A stretch of DNA of 64,000 nucleotides. It comes from an uncultured Gammaproteobacteria bacterium. GTDB taxonomy: Bacteria > Patescibacteriota > Patescibacteriia > UBA9934 > GWF2-40-263. Each line of letters starts with the position of its first letter. Position 1 is the first letter of the stretch. The DNA lies in assembly GCA_964499955.1 (NCBI GenBank), contig CAZCMI010000001.1, forward strand, positions 39,485 through 103,484. The letters run 5' to 3'. A program made the translations under genes and the position numbers. This document shows positions 9,559 through 20,769 of this stretch, in pieces. The notes beneath the pieces were generated by a model. The model was given only the letters and a program-made list of their open reading frames with translations. It had not been told where the DNA came from and searched no databases.

Positions 9559-9677
9559 GCCGCCGAGTATACGGGCGCCGGGCAGCGGACGCAACGCGCC
9601 GGCAACAGACGCGCGGCGTGCGCCAGCGGGGAAGAACGCGCAGCGAAATATGGTATGATGAACGAAACATCCCGCCT

Positions 9678-10721
9678 ATGTCCTTGCCGTTCCCGGACGA
9701 CCGTCCGCGCGTTATCTCGATTTCCACGTCCACCTTCGCCAAAGGCGTGCTTATCGCCCTCGGATTGTGGTTCTTGTGGTTCGTGCGTGACATCGTCGCC
9801 ATCGTGTTCGTGGCCGTGCTGCTGGCGGCCCTCATCGATCCGTTCGCCGATTTCTTCGCCCGCCACCGCCTGCCGCGTTCCGTGGCCGTGTTGCTCGTGT
9901 ATTTGCTGCTGGCGGGGTTGCTGGCCGCCGTCATCTTCTTGCTCGTGCCGATTGTCACGGTGGAACTCGCCCAATTGGTCACGGCTATTCCCAACAGTCC
10001 GTTGCTGGATTATTTCGGCCAGTTCCAGGCGTTCACCACGGAATACGGATTGGAAGAAAACGTCCGCGCCGCCCTGCAGTCGCTGCAGGCGGGAATTACG
10101 AATTCATTCACGTCCATTTTCTCCACCATCGGGGGCGTGTTGGCCGCGGTGGCCGCCGCCCTCGTCATGCTCGTGCTCACCTTCTACATGGTGGTGGAAG
10201 AAGAAGCCGCCAAGCGCGTGTTCAAACACCTGGCGCCCGAGGAATACCAGCCGTTTCTGTCCCGCCTGTTGAGCCGCATGCAAAAGAAGGTCGGGTCGTG
10301 GCTGCGCGGCCAAATGCTGTTGGGGCTGGTGGTGGGCATGGTCGCCTATCTCGGCCTGCTCCTGTTGGACGTGCGGTACGCGCTCATCCTCGCCTTGATC
10401 GCCGGCTTGTTCGAAATGCTGCCGTACATCGGTCCCGTGCTGTCCGTGATGCCGGCCGTGCTGGTGGCCTTCGGGCAGTCGCCGGGCAAGGCCCTGGCGG
10501 TGGTTGCCCTGTACGTCGTCATTCAGCAACTGGAGAACAGCGTGCTGACGCCCAAGATCATGCAGAAGACCACGGGGTTGAATCCGGTGGTGTCCATCGT
10601 CGTGCTGTTGATCGGCGTGAAGGTCGGCGGGTTCATCGGGGCGTTGTTGGCCATTCCAGTGGCCACCATGATTTCCGTCGTTTTGAGCGAACTTCTTAAC
10701 CGCGAGCCGCTTGAGGCCTAG
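9678..10721 (+). CDS. AI-2E family transporter (PerM/TqsA-like)
   Basis: Multi-TM protein with WLRGQ, LPYIGP, QQLENSVLTPKIM and GALLAIPVA motifs. Confidence 0.92.
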   Translation: MSLPFPDDRPRVISISTSTFAKGVLIALGLWFLWFVRDIVAIVFVAVLLAALIDPFADFFARHRLPRSVAVLLVYLLLAGLLAAVIFLLVPIVTVELAQLVTAIPNSPLLDYFGQFQAFTTEYGLEENVRAALQSLQAGITNSFTSIFSTIGGVLAAVAAALVMLVLTFYMVVEEEAAKRVFKHLAPEEYQPFLSRLLSRMQKKVGSWLRGQMLLGLVVGMVAYLGLLLLDVRYALILALIAGLFEMLPYIGPVLSVMPAVLVAFGQSPGKALAVVALYVVIQQLENSVLTPKIMQKTTGLNPVVSIVVLLIGVKVGGFIGALLAIPVATMISVVLSELLNREPLEA

Positions 10722-10735
10722 CGCTTATTTTTCCT

Positions 10736-11125
10736 ATGTCCTTCCACCGGCACCCCTCGTTTTTCCCCGTCGTGCTCGTCTTGCTCACCGTGTTGCTCGG
10801 CGGGTTCATGGTTTACACGTTCCGCGGCCGTTCCGCGCCGCCGCCGGAAGAGCCGGTGGTGAGCCAAGAGGATTATCGCGCCGACGTCCGCGCGGCCTTG
10901 GCGCCGGTCATCGTGCCGGACGGGTCGGACCGCGCCGGGAACGTGAACCGTGCCATTGCGGATTTGCTCGCCCTGCGCGTGCCGGGGGCCGATACGGACG
11001 CCCATTTGGAATTCGTCAGCAGCTTGTACCGCATGCGCGAGGGGCTGGACGGCGACCCGGACGCCCTGCGCGAGGGGCAGGTCCGGTTTGACGCGGCAGT
11101 GGACGCCCATCCGTGGGTGCGGTAA
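10736..11125 (+). CDS. hypothetical membrane-anchored protein
   Basis: N-terminal TM helix; operon spacing. Confidence 0.75.
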   Translation: MSFHRHPSFFPVVLVLLTVLLGGFMVYTFRGRSAPPPEEPVVSQEDYRADVRAALAPVIVPDGSDRAGNVNRAIADLLALRVPGADTDAHLEFVSSLYRMREGLDGDPDALREGQVRFDAAVDAHPWVR

Positions 11126-11136
11126 ACAGGTCGCGT

Positions 11137-12057
11137 ATGGCTCGTATGGACAAGAACGAAGGACAGATGCCGCCCCCGCCTCCGCCCCCGGCGGCGACAG
11201 CCACGGCCACGTCCGCCGCCCCCGTGTCTTCCGTCGTTCCGTCCGCGGCACCCGCTCCGGTTCCCGCCATCCCCCGTTCTCGCGTGGGGTGTTGCGTGGC
11301 CGGGTGCGTGGGCGTGCCGTTGCTGCTCACTCTCATCGCCGTGGGTGCAGGTGCGTGGGTTGCGGCGAAGGCCGGCGTGGCGCGCGTGCCCGTTTTGTCC
11401 CGTTTCGCCTATGAGGCGCACGCGCCCGTGCGCATGGTGCCGGACGCGCCGGAGAACGGCGCGGGCTTGTTTTCGACCGACGCCCTCGCGGCCTTCCAAA
11501 ACGATGCGCTCACGCAGGAAGAAGCGCTCGAACGGTTTTTGACGGAAGAAAATCTTTCCGCGTTCTTCGGCAACCTTGAACGCCTGGGGCAGGCGGGAGC
11601 GGGCGGGCGGCTCAACGTCGCCCTGACGGACGCCATGCTGACGGCGTCCGTGCGGCAAACCGCCGCGCGTCAGGACGCTGCCAACCAAGCCCCCGCCGCA
11701 GACCAAGACCACCCGCAAAAACAAAACGGCCCCTTCGACATGGCCCGCGCCCAGCTGGCCGTGTCCCGCCAGCGCGGCATCGAACTCTTCCTGCCGCTGC
11801 GCGACAACGTCCAGGGGTCGTCCGTGCGTATGTATCTGCGCCCCGCCGTGGAAGATGGAGCTTTGGTGCTGCACGTGGCGGAAGCGTGGGTGGGCAACCT
11901 GCGCGTGCCGGCCTCCTTGGTGGCAACTTTCAGCGATGCTGTCGTGGCAGGGCCGCTGCGCGCCGCCGCGGACGACATGCGGGCGCGTCTTGTGTGGACG
12001 CACGTAGAAGTGGAAGATGGCGCCGTTCGTCTGGAAGGGATTCCCGCCGGTTTATGA
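11137..12057 (+). CDS. hypothetical membrane-anchored protein (Pro-rich N-terminus, GCC..GC TM anchor)
   Basis: Long ORF with genome-typical codons; stop overlaps the next ATG; start 11137 or 11146. Confidence 0.75.
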   Translation: MARMDKNEGQMPPPPPPPAATATATSAAPVSSVVPSAAPAPVPAIPRSRVGCCVAGCVGVPLLLTLIAVGAGAWVAAKAGVARVPVLSRFAYEAHAPVRMVPDAPENGAGLFSTDALAAFQNDALTQEEALERFLTEENLSAFFGNLERLGQAGAGGRLNVALTDAMLTASVRQTAARQDAANQAPAADQDHPQKQNGPFDMARAQLAVSRQRGIELFLPLRDNVQGSSVRMYLRPAVEDGALVLHVAEAWVGNLRVPASLVATFSDAVVAGPLRAAADDMRARLVWTHVEVEDGAVRLEGIPAGL

Positions 12058-12821
12058 TCCTTCTGCACCGCATCACGCCGTTCGCCTTGTTCCTCGTCTG
12101 CGGGGCAGCCTTCGGCTTGGCCATGGCCTTGCCCGCACGGTCGGGGTTCGCCGCGTTGTGCGCGGGATTGGTTCTCGCCCTGTTGTTGCTCGTTCGGTTG
12201 GTGGGCTGGCATCCGCGCACCGGGGCGTTTTGGAACCTGACCTTCGCTCCGTGGCTGCTGTTCGCCTCGGGCGCGGGGTTGTTCCTGCTGTTGGAGCATC
12301 CCGCCCAACGGGTGTTGATCGCCGCGGTGGTGGCCATCCTTCTGTTCTTTTTCGCCGAGCAGGTATTCGCGTACGTCCATGCGCCGGCCGTGTACCGGGC
12401 GTATGCCATCCAACATCTGTCCCTGGGCATGAACGTGCTGACGTTGTTTTTCCTCGGCGCGTTCGGGTTCGGGGTGCGGATGTTCCTGCAGACGCCGTTG
12501 TACGTGCTTACGCCCGTGGTCTTTGCCGCGGCGGCCTACGCCATGTACCAGACCTTGTGGGTGAGCAAGATGGAACACCGCCGCGCGCTGACGTACGGGG
12601 CGGCGGGCGGGCTCGTGCTGGCCGAACTGTTCGTGGCGCTCACCTATTTGCCCACGGGCTTTGCGGTGAACGCGGTGGTGCTCGCCCTGGCCGGGTATTT
12701 GTTCCTCGGCTTGTCCCGCGCGTGGTTCCTGGAGCAGGCCGAACGGCCGCTGGTGCTCCGGTACGTGGCGGCGTGCGTCCTGCTTTCCCTCGCCGTCCTC
12801 GCCACGGCGCAATGGCGGTAA
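12054..12821 (+). CDS. polytopic membrane protein of unknown function
   Basis: About 9 hydrophobic segments; ATGA coupling to the upstream gene. Confidence 0.8.
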   Translation: MILLHRITPFALFLVCGAAFGLAMALPARSGFAALCAGLVLALLLLVRLVGWHPRTGAFWNLTFAPWLLFASGAGLFLLLEHPAQRVLIAAVVAILLFFFAEQVFAYVHAPAVYRAYAIQHLSLGMNVLTLFFLGAFGFGVRMFLQTPLYVLTPVVFAAAAYAMYQTLWVSKMEHRRALTYGAAGGLVLAELFVALTYLPTGFAVNAVVLALAGYLFLGLSRAWFLEQAERPLVLRYVAACVLLSLAVLATAQWR

Positions 12822-12834
12822 CCTCTTCTTTCCT

Positions 12835-13857
12835 ATGTCTTCTTGGCCCCATCTGTTCCGCGTGACCATCCTCGCTGTCGCCCTTGGGGCGGGCAGCGGC
12901 GTGGTTGCTTCCGCCCTGACGTCCGCGTATTTGGTGGACTACGCCTCCCAGCTGGGCGAGTTGTCCTCGCCGTTGCGGTTTGGGGAGCGCGTCCCGCGTC
13001 CGGCCGGATTGACCGACGCCGTGCTGGTGTCCCTGCGGGAGCGCGTGTTGCCGTCCACGGCGTTGTTCTATGCTGCCGCGCCCGGTGCGGACGGCTTCGA
13101 TTTGGCCGCGCCGGAACGGGTGGGCGTAGTGCTCACGTCCGACGGGTGGATGCTGACTTCGGCGGAATCCGGCCGCCCGGCACCCACGCACGTGGTGGTG
13201 GGCCGCGAAGCGTACGCCGTGGAACGGACGGCGGCGGATCCGGTGTCCGGAACGTTGTTCGTGAAGGTGGCCGCCCGCAACCTGCCCACGGTGGCCTTCG
13301 GCGGGTCCGAAGCCTTGGCGCCGGCCGATTTGCTCTTCGTTGCCGATGGCGCGCGCGCCCTTTCGTCCGTGCGTCTGCGGGCCAACGTGCGTCCGGCCGC
13401 CGCGTCTTCCGACCGCGCCGCGCGCCGCCTGCACGTGGACGTAGCCCTCCCCGGTTCCCCCGTTTACGACGCCGACGGCGAACTGGTGGGCTTGGCTGTA
13501 GACGAAGACGGCGCCGTGCCGGTGGAGACCTTCCTGCCCGCATTCCGCGCCTTGCTGCGCGACGGCGCCCCCACGCGCGGCACCCTCGGCCTGACGTATC
13601 GCGACCTGTCCCTCTCCGTGGGGTTGCAGGTGTCCCTGCCGACGACGGGCTTACTGGTCACGTCCGTGGGGCGGGGAAGCGCCGCCGAAGTGGGCGGCGT
13701 GCGCGCGGGAGACGTGCTGGTTTCCCTGGACGGCCGTTCGTTGGACGGCGCCCGTTCGTTGGACGAAGAGTTGGGAGGCGCGGCCGCGGATCAGACCGTT
13801 ACCTTCGTCGTGGATCGCAACGGGGAACGGCGCGACGTGCGCGTAACGCTGCGTTAA
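12835..13857 (+). CDS. degenerate HtrA-like trypsin-fold/PDZ protein (probable pseudoprotease)
   Basis: GVVLTSDGWMLT, PGSPVYD.DGELVGL and PDZ GSAAE.GG.RAGDVL motifs; catalytic His and Ser motifs replaced. Confidence 0.82.
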   Translation: MSSWPHLFRVTILAVALGAGSGVVASALTSAYLVDYASQLGELSSPLRFGERVPRPAGLTDAVLVSLRERVLPSTALFYAAAPGADGFDLAAPERVGVVLTSDGWMLTSAESGRPAPTHVVVGREAYAVERTAADPVSGTLFVKVAARNLPTVAFGGSEALAPADLLFVADGARALSSVRLRANVRPAAASSDRAARRLHVDVALPGSPVYDADGELVGLAVDEDGAVPVETFLPAFRALLRDGAPTRGTLGLTYRDLSLSVGLQVSLPTTGLLVTSVGRGSAAEVGGVRAGDVLVSLDGRSLDGARSLDEELGGAAADQTVTFVVDRNGERRDVRVTLR

Positions 13858-13907
13858 CGCCCGCGACGCTGCGCGAACGCCCGCGCTCTGCTATCATAGG
13901 AGGAGAT

Positions 13908-14552
13908 ATGCCCCGGCCAAGCTACGCTTCAACTCTGCTGCGCGGATGGGAATACGTCGCCTTGTTCGCCCTGGCGGGATTGATTTTGTCCGTCGGCGTT
14001 TCCTTCGTGGAGCCGATGAAGTATTCGTCCACCGTGCGCCTGTTGGTGATGCAGGACGTCGGCGCGTCCGTGGACGCCTTCACCGCCAGCCGCTCCGAAG
14101 AACGCATCGCGGAAAACCTGGCGACCATCGTCTACACCACCACGTTCTTCGACCGTGTGTTAGACGCCGGCTTCGCCATCGACGCGCGGTATTTCCCCAC
14201 GCAGGACAACCGCCGCCGCCGGGCGTGGACGCGGACCGTTACGCCCACCGTTTCGCGCGGGTCCGGCATCCTTACGGTGACGGCCTTCCATCCGGACGTG
14301 CGCCAGGCGGAATTGATCGCCCAGGCCGTGGGGTTCGTGCTGCGGGAACGGGTGGGGGAATACACCTCGGGCGGCAACGTGCAGGTGCGCCTCATCGACG
14401 CCCCGTTGAACTCCCGCTGGCCGGTCCGGCCCAATTTCGTGGCTAACGGCCTGTCCGGGTTCTTCCTGGGCGGGTTCGTCGGGGCGGGGTACGTGCTGCT
14501 GCGCGCGGAACGCGTGCGCCGCCGGCACCAATTGTTGCATGAGGATGATTAA
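13908..14552 (+). CDS. Wzz/CapA-like polysaccharide chain-length determinant
   Basis: Two TMs flanking a soluble loop; P.KYSST.RLLV and PVRPN...NG..G...G motifs; AGGAGG SD. Confidence 0.8.
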   Translation: MPRPSYASTLLRGWEYVALFALAGLILSVGVSFVEPMKYSSTVRLLVMQDVGASVDAFTASRSEERIAENLATIVYTTTFFDRVLDAGFAIDARYFPTQDNRRRRAWTRTVTPTVSRGSGILTVTAFHPDVRQAELIAQAVGFVLRERVGEYTSGGNVQVRLIDAPLNSRWPVRPNFVANGLSGFFLGGFVGAGYVLLRAERVRRRHQLLHEDD

Positions 14553-14627
14553 AGAACGGCGTGAAGGGGAGGAACGGCCAAAACGGCCGTTTTTGCTTAT
14601 TTTTCGAAGGTTTTGAAGCGAAGGGGC

Positions 14628-14656
14628 TTGACAGGAACGTGAAAAGACGCTATAGT
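14628..14656 (+). promoter_or_regulatory. sigma70 promoter, island cassette 1
   Basis: TTGACA-N17-TATAGT. Confidence 0.8.
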
Positions 14657-14661
14657 CACCT

Positions 14662-14930
14662 CTTCAAAAAAGACGAAAACCGCCTTTTCTGGCGGCCTGG
14701 TATCCACCCGCCGTACCTCCTCCTTACGGCGCGGGACGATGCCAGGCCACTTGAGCAGGCGGCCGGGCCAAGGAACACGGAATCCCCGCGTTTCATGGCC
14801 CGAACGCATGCTCGAACGAACCTTTACAACCGGTTCAGAACATGGTCGGGCGCCTCCCATCGGGTGGCGTGCGTGGCGGATGGTCCGTCACGGCAAAACC
14901 CGTCGCCTACAGAGGCGAAGGGAGGAAACA
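14662..14930 (+). ncRNA. putative structured leader or small RNA
   Basis: Serial stems with G-U pairs, e.g. GGCCTGGTATC(14694-14704)/GATGCCAGGCC(14738-14748) with a CCTCCTCCT loop; GAGCA..GGGCCA/TGGCCC..TGCTC; TGGCGGA/TCCGTCA; TCGCCT/AGGCGA. Confidence 0.45.
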
Positions 14931-14980
14931 TGCGTTCCAACCCCACCCCCGCCGCGCGCTGCGTGGCAAAGGAGCTTCAG

Positions 14981-16381
14981 ATGTCGAAGTCCATGCAGGT
15001 CGCCTTCGCGGCGGCCGTCGTGTTCGTTCTCTCCACCCCCGCGTTCGCGCAGGGGTGGAGCCGCTCCGTTCCCGGTCAGGGGACGGTCGTGTTCACCCCC
15101 GCCTCCGTCGCGGGCTCCGCCAAGAAGGCGGAGAGCCCGGCCGACGTGGCCAAGCGGGCGGCGGCCTGTCTGGCCGCCGGCGACATCTTCGGGAAGGACG
15201 GCGTCTGCCGTGCCGACCCGAAGAAGGAAAAGGCCGCCTGCGAGGCGGGCGGCGGCACGTGGGACGCCTCCAAGCCCACCCCGTCCTGGCAGGGTGCGAA
15301 GGACGCCCGCTGCGACCTGTCGGCCGTGAACAAGGACGACACGGAGGATCACCTCAGGGTCGAGTTCTGCAACGATCCCACCAGCCCTTCGAGGCTGCGG
15401 AGCGTCTACAAGGAGCACAAGTGCACTCTGTGGCGACTGCAGCGCCTTCAGCGTGGCGAGAAGGCCACGCGTGAGGCTGAGAGTCGGCGGACCTCCGAGA
15501 GTCTCGAGGCCCTGAAGAAGGACCTCGAGGCCAAGATCGCGGAGGCCAAGGCCCTCGCGGACGAGGGGAATAGGACTGCCGCAGAGGCGGTCCGTCTCCT
15601 CGAGAAGCTCGGTACGGACGTCCGTGGGTCCGAGGAGGCCTGTGAAAAGGCCCAGCCGACCCGCGAGGATCGCCTGGCCTGCGCGGGTCTCCGGGGACGT
15701 GTCGCCACCCTGGAGCTGACGCTCTACGGCGCCCCTGAATGCGCGACCGATCCGCAAGGGGAGGCGTGCAAGAAGGCCCCCGGCATCGTCAGGGTTCTCC
15801 ACGGCATCAATGGTCGCGTGGGCGACCTCGAGGATAGCGCCGGTCGGCTGCAGCTCGGCGTGGGCCTGCGTTTCGGCGCAGGCACCCAACCGGCCGTCAG
15901 GGCCGACGTGGGGGGGGCGACGTACACGTTCCGTGGCTCGGATAATCTGGCCTTCGGGCTGGACGTTCGTTTGCACGTCCCTTCCGCCGCGGTCGGTGGG
16001 ATCGGTGTCTTCTCTCTCGGGTGGTCCTACCACCGGGAAGACACCCACAACGTCGCTGGTAAGTCCGTCGGCGTTGGGGGCCACGGCCTCTTGGTCCGCG
16101 CCCAGCATCTCTGGGGTGTGAGCCAGGAGTGGAAGCTCGGCGCAGGCGCCACCTTTGCGGGTCATTGGACCGCGCAGGCTCATCCGAACGCGTTGGGCAA
16201 GGTCTCGGCGGCAACGCCCGACCTGCACTTCGCGGCGCTCTGGCAGCCCATCCCCCACTTCGTCGTCACCGGCGATCTGGGGGTGGGGTACGACTGGGCC
16301 TCGGTCGTCGTCAATGGTGCCGAGCGCACGGGCAACGGGCTCGCGCTCGCTGTCCGGCTCGGTGCCGGCTGGATGTTCTAA
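14981..16381 (+). CDS. exported protein: Cys-containing N-domain, coiled coil and C-terminal ~8-strand beta-barrel-like domain
   Basis: AAGGAG SD; Sec signal MSKSMQVAFAAAVVFVLSTPAFA|Q; alternating-hydrophobic strands ending LAVRLGAGWMF; alternative start 14930. Confidence 0.8.
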   Translation: MSKSMQVAFAAAVVFVLSTPAFAQGWSRSVPGQGTVVFTPASVAGSAKKAESPADVAKRAAACLAAGDIFGKDGVCRADPKKEKAACEAGGGTWDASKPTPSWQGAKDARCDLSAVNKDDTEDHLRVEFCNDPTSPSRLRSVYKEHKCTLWRLQRLQRGEKATREAESRRTSESLEALKKDLEAKIAEAKALADEGNRTAAEAVRLLEKLGTDVRGSEEACEKAQPTREDRLACAGLRGRVATLELTLYGAPECATDPQGEACKKAPGIVRVLHGINGRVGDLEDSAGRLQLGVGLRFGAGTQPAVRADVGGATYTFRGSDNLAFGLDVRLHVPSAAVGGIGVFSLGWSYHREDTHNVAGKSVGVGGHGLLVRAQHLWGVSQEWKLGAGATFAGHWTAQAHPNALGKVSAATPDLHFAALWQPIPHFVVTGDLGVGYDWASVVVNGAERTGNGLALAVRLGAGWMF

Positions 16382-16400
16382 CCGTTCTACCGTTCTCTTG

Positions 16401-16451
16401 GCCCTCGTGCATTCGCTTGAAAAAGCGAGTGTGCGGGGGCCTCTTTCTTTT
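16401..16451 (+). terminator. 40-nt hairpin terminator (element copy 1)
   Basis: GCCCTCGTGCATTCGCTT/AAGCGAGTGTGCGGGGGC followed by CTCTTTCTTTT. Confidence 0.75.
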
Positions 16452-16461
16452 CCTCCGACCC

Positions 16462-16490
16462 TTGACAAAAGGCAGGTTTTCCGGTATAGT
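16462..16490 (+). promoter_or_regulatory. sigma70 promoter, island cassette 2
   Basis: TTGACA-N17-TATAGT. Confidence 0.8.
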
Positions 16491-16564
16491 GCTTTCTTCC
16501 CGCATGACAATCATCGGGATTGCGGCTGGGCATGTTGCCTAGTCGAAGGCCTGAGGAGGCCACC

Positions 16565-17224
16565 ATGAAGACGATCTTTTTCCCGGCGGCCGCCGCGGCC
16601 GCCATCGCGTTCACCCTCCTCCCCGCCTGTGGCGGGTTGGAGGACATCGACTTCGGGCAGGAGTTCTCCTGCCCGTCGGGGTTCGTTCCCGGGGTGGTGG
16701 ACGGCATGTCCGTCTGCCTGACGGACGGCCAGCCCGACGGCGGAGGCGGGGGCATCAACTGCCCCCAGGGGTTCGAACCCGCCACGGTCGGCGGCCAGGA
16801 GGTCTGTGTCCAGCAGACCGACGGCAACCCTGACGGTGGGGATCCCAATCCTCAGGGAGGGACCCTGCGGATGCGGTGCACGGCACCGCAGGGGCGCACC
16901 CTGCAGTCGCTGCGCGTCGATCCGATCGAAGCGCACGAGGGGAAGGAAGGACCCTATTGGACGTGCGAAAAGAATGTGAGCGGCCAAATGGCCGATATCA
17001 CGTGCAACCGGCGCGGGACGAAGAAGTTCTTCGTCAACGGCACTGCCACCGGCGGCGATTCGCCGGGCAAGTTCCTCAGCTACGGCTGGACCGGAGACGG
17101 TTCCGCACGAAGCGACTGGGACTGCGACTACTGGCTCGACGGTCATTCCGTCGAGCCGAAGGTCAGCGAGCCGTGGAGCCCCGGCGGCAGGAGCCTCGGC
17201 TCCGCACTCTATCTGGAGTTCTAA
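16565..17224 (+). CDS. putative lipoprotein with a duplicated CP.GF....V.G..VC motif
   Basis: GAGGAGG SD; signal MKTIFFPAAAAAAIAFTLLPA-C lipobox; two Cys-pair repeats. Confidence 0.8.
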   Translation: MKTIFFPAAAAAAIAFTLLPACGGLEDIDFGQEFSCPSGFVPGVVDGMSVCLTDGQPDGGGGGINCPQGFEPATVGGQEVCVQQTDGNPDGGDPNPQGGTLRMRCTAPQGRTLQSLRVDPIEAHEGKEGPYWTCEKNVSGQMADITCNRRGTKKFFVNGTATGGDSPGKFLSYGWTGDGSARSDWDCDYWLDGHSVEPKVSEPWSPGGRSLGSALYLEF

Positions 17225-17272
17225 CTCCAGGTTCGCCACCCGCCCCCTCCCCAAAAAAGAAGCCGCACTTCT

Positions 17273-17322
17273 GCCCCCGTATCCGATTCGCGCAAGCGAT
17301 CGGTGCGGGGGCTCTTCTTTTT
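17273..17322 (+). terminator. 40-nt hairpin terminator (element copy 2)
   Basis: GCCCCCGTATCCGATTCGC-gcaa-GCGATCGGTGCGGGGGC followed by TCTTCTTTTT. Confidence 0.75.
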
Positions 17323-17341
17323 GTAAAAACAGGTGAATTCC

Positions 17342-17370
17342 TTGACGTTTGGCGCAAAGGGTGCTAGAAA
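17342..17370 (+). promoter_or_regulatory. probable promoter, island cassette 3
   Basis: TTGACG-N17-TAGAAA with TG at the extended -10 position. Confidence 0.55.
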
Positions 17371-17477
17371 ACCGGGTCCTCTCCGAATGGTTCGGGGTGG
17401 GCGTGAACGACCATTTCTTTCACAATCGGCGAGAAATATCGCCATGCGTTGCCCGGCGCACCGGGCGGAGGTTCATC

Positions 17478-20666
<3,189 letters not shown>

Positions 20667-20701
20667 CGGCTAGCGGCTGACGAAGCCGTGTGAAACTCTC
20701 G

Positions 20702-20748
20702 CGGCGGTGGAACCATCCCTTTGGGGACGGGTTCCACCGCCGTTTTTT
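20702..20748 (+). terminator. intrinsic terminator closing the island
   Basis: CGGCGGTGGAACC...GGTTCCACCGCCG followed by TTTTTT. Confidence 0.85.
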
Positions 20749-20769
20749 CGTTGTCCGTGCTAAAATGAC

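Noticed and set aside
14561-14980. Long N-terminal extensions in the ORF track (also 1110, 17349, 22807, 27723, 40852, 48905, 57400)
   Set aside because: They overlap promoters, upstream genes or leaders; downstream ATGs give proper signal peptides or domain starts
16374-17330. Integron attC interpretation of the cassette junctions (genes end TTCTAAC)
   Set aside because: Not a true RYYYAAC, no matching GTTRRRY at a suitable distance, no integrase in the window, and the cassettes carry their own promoters
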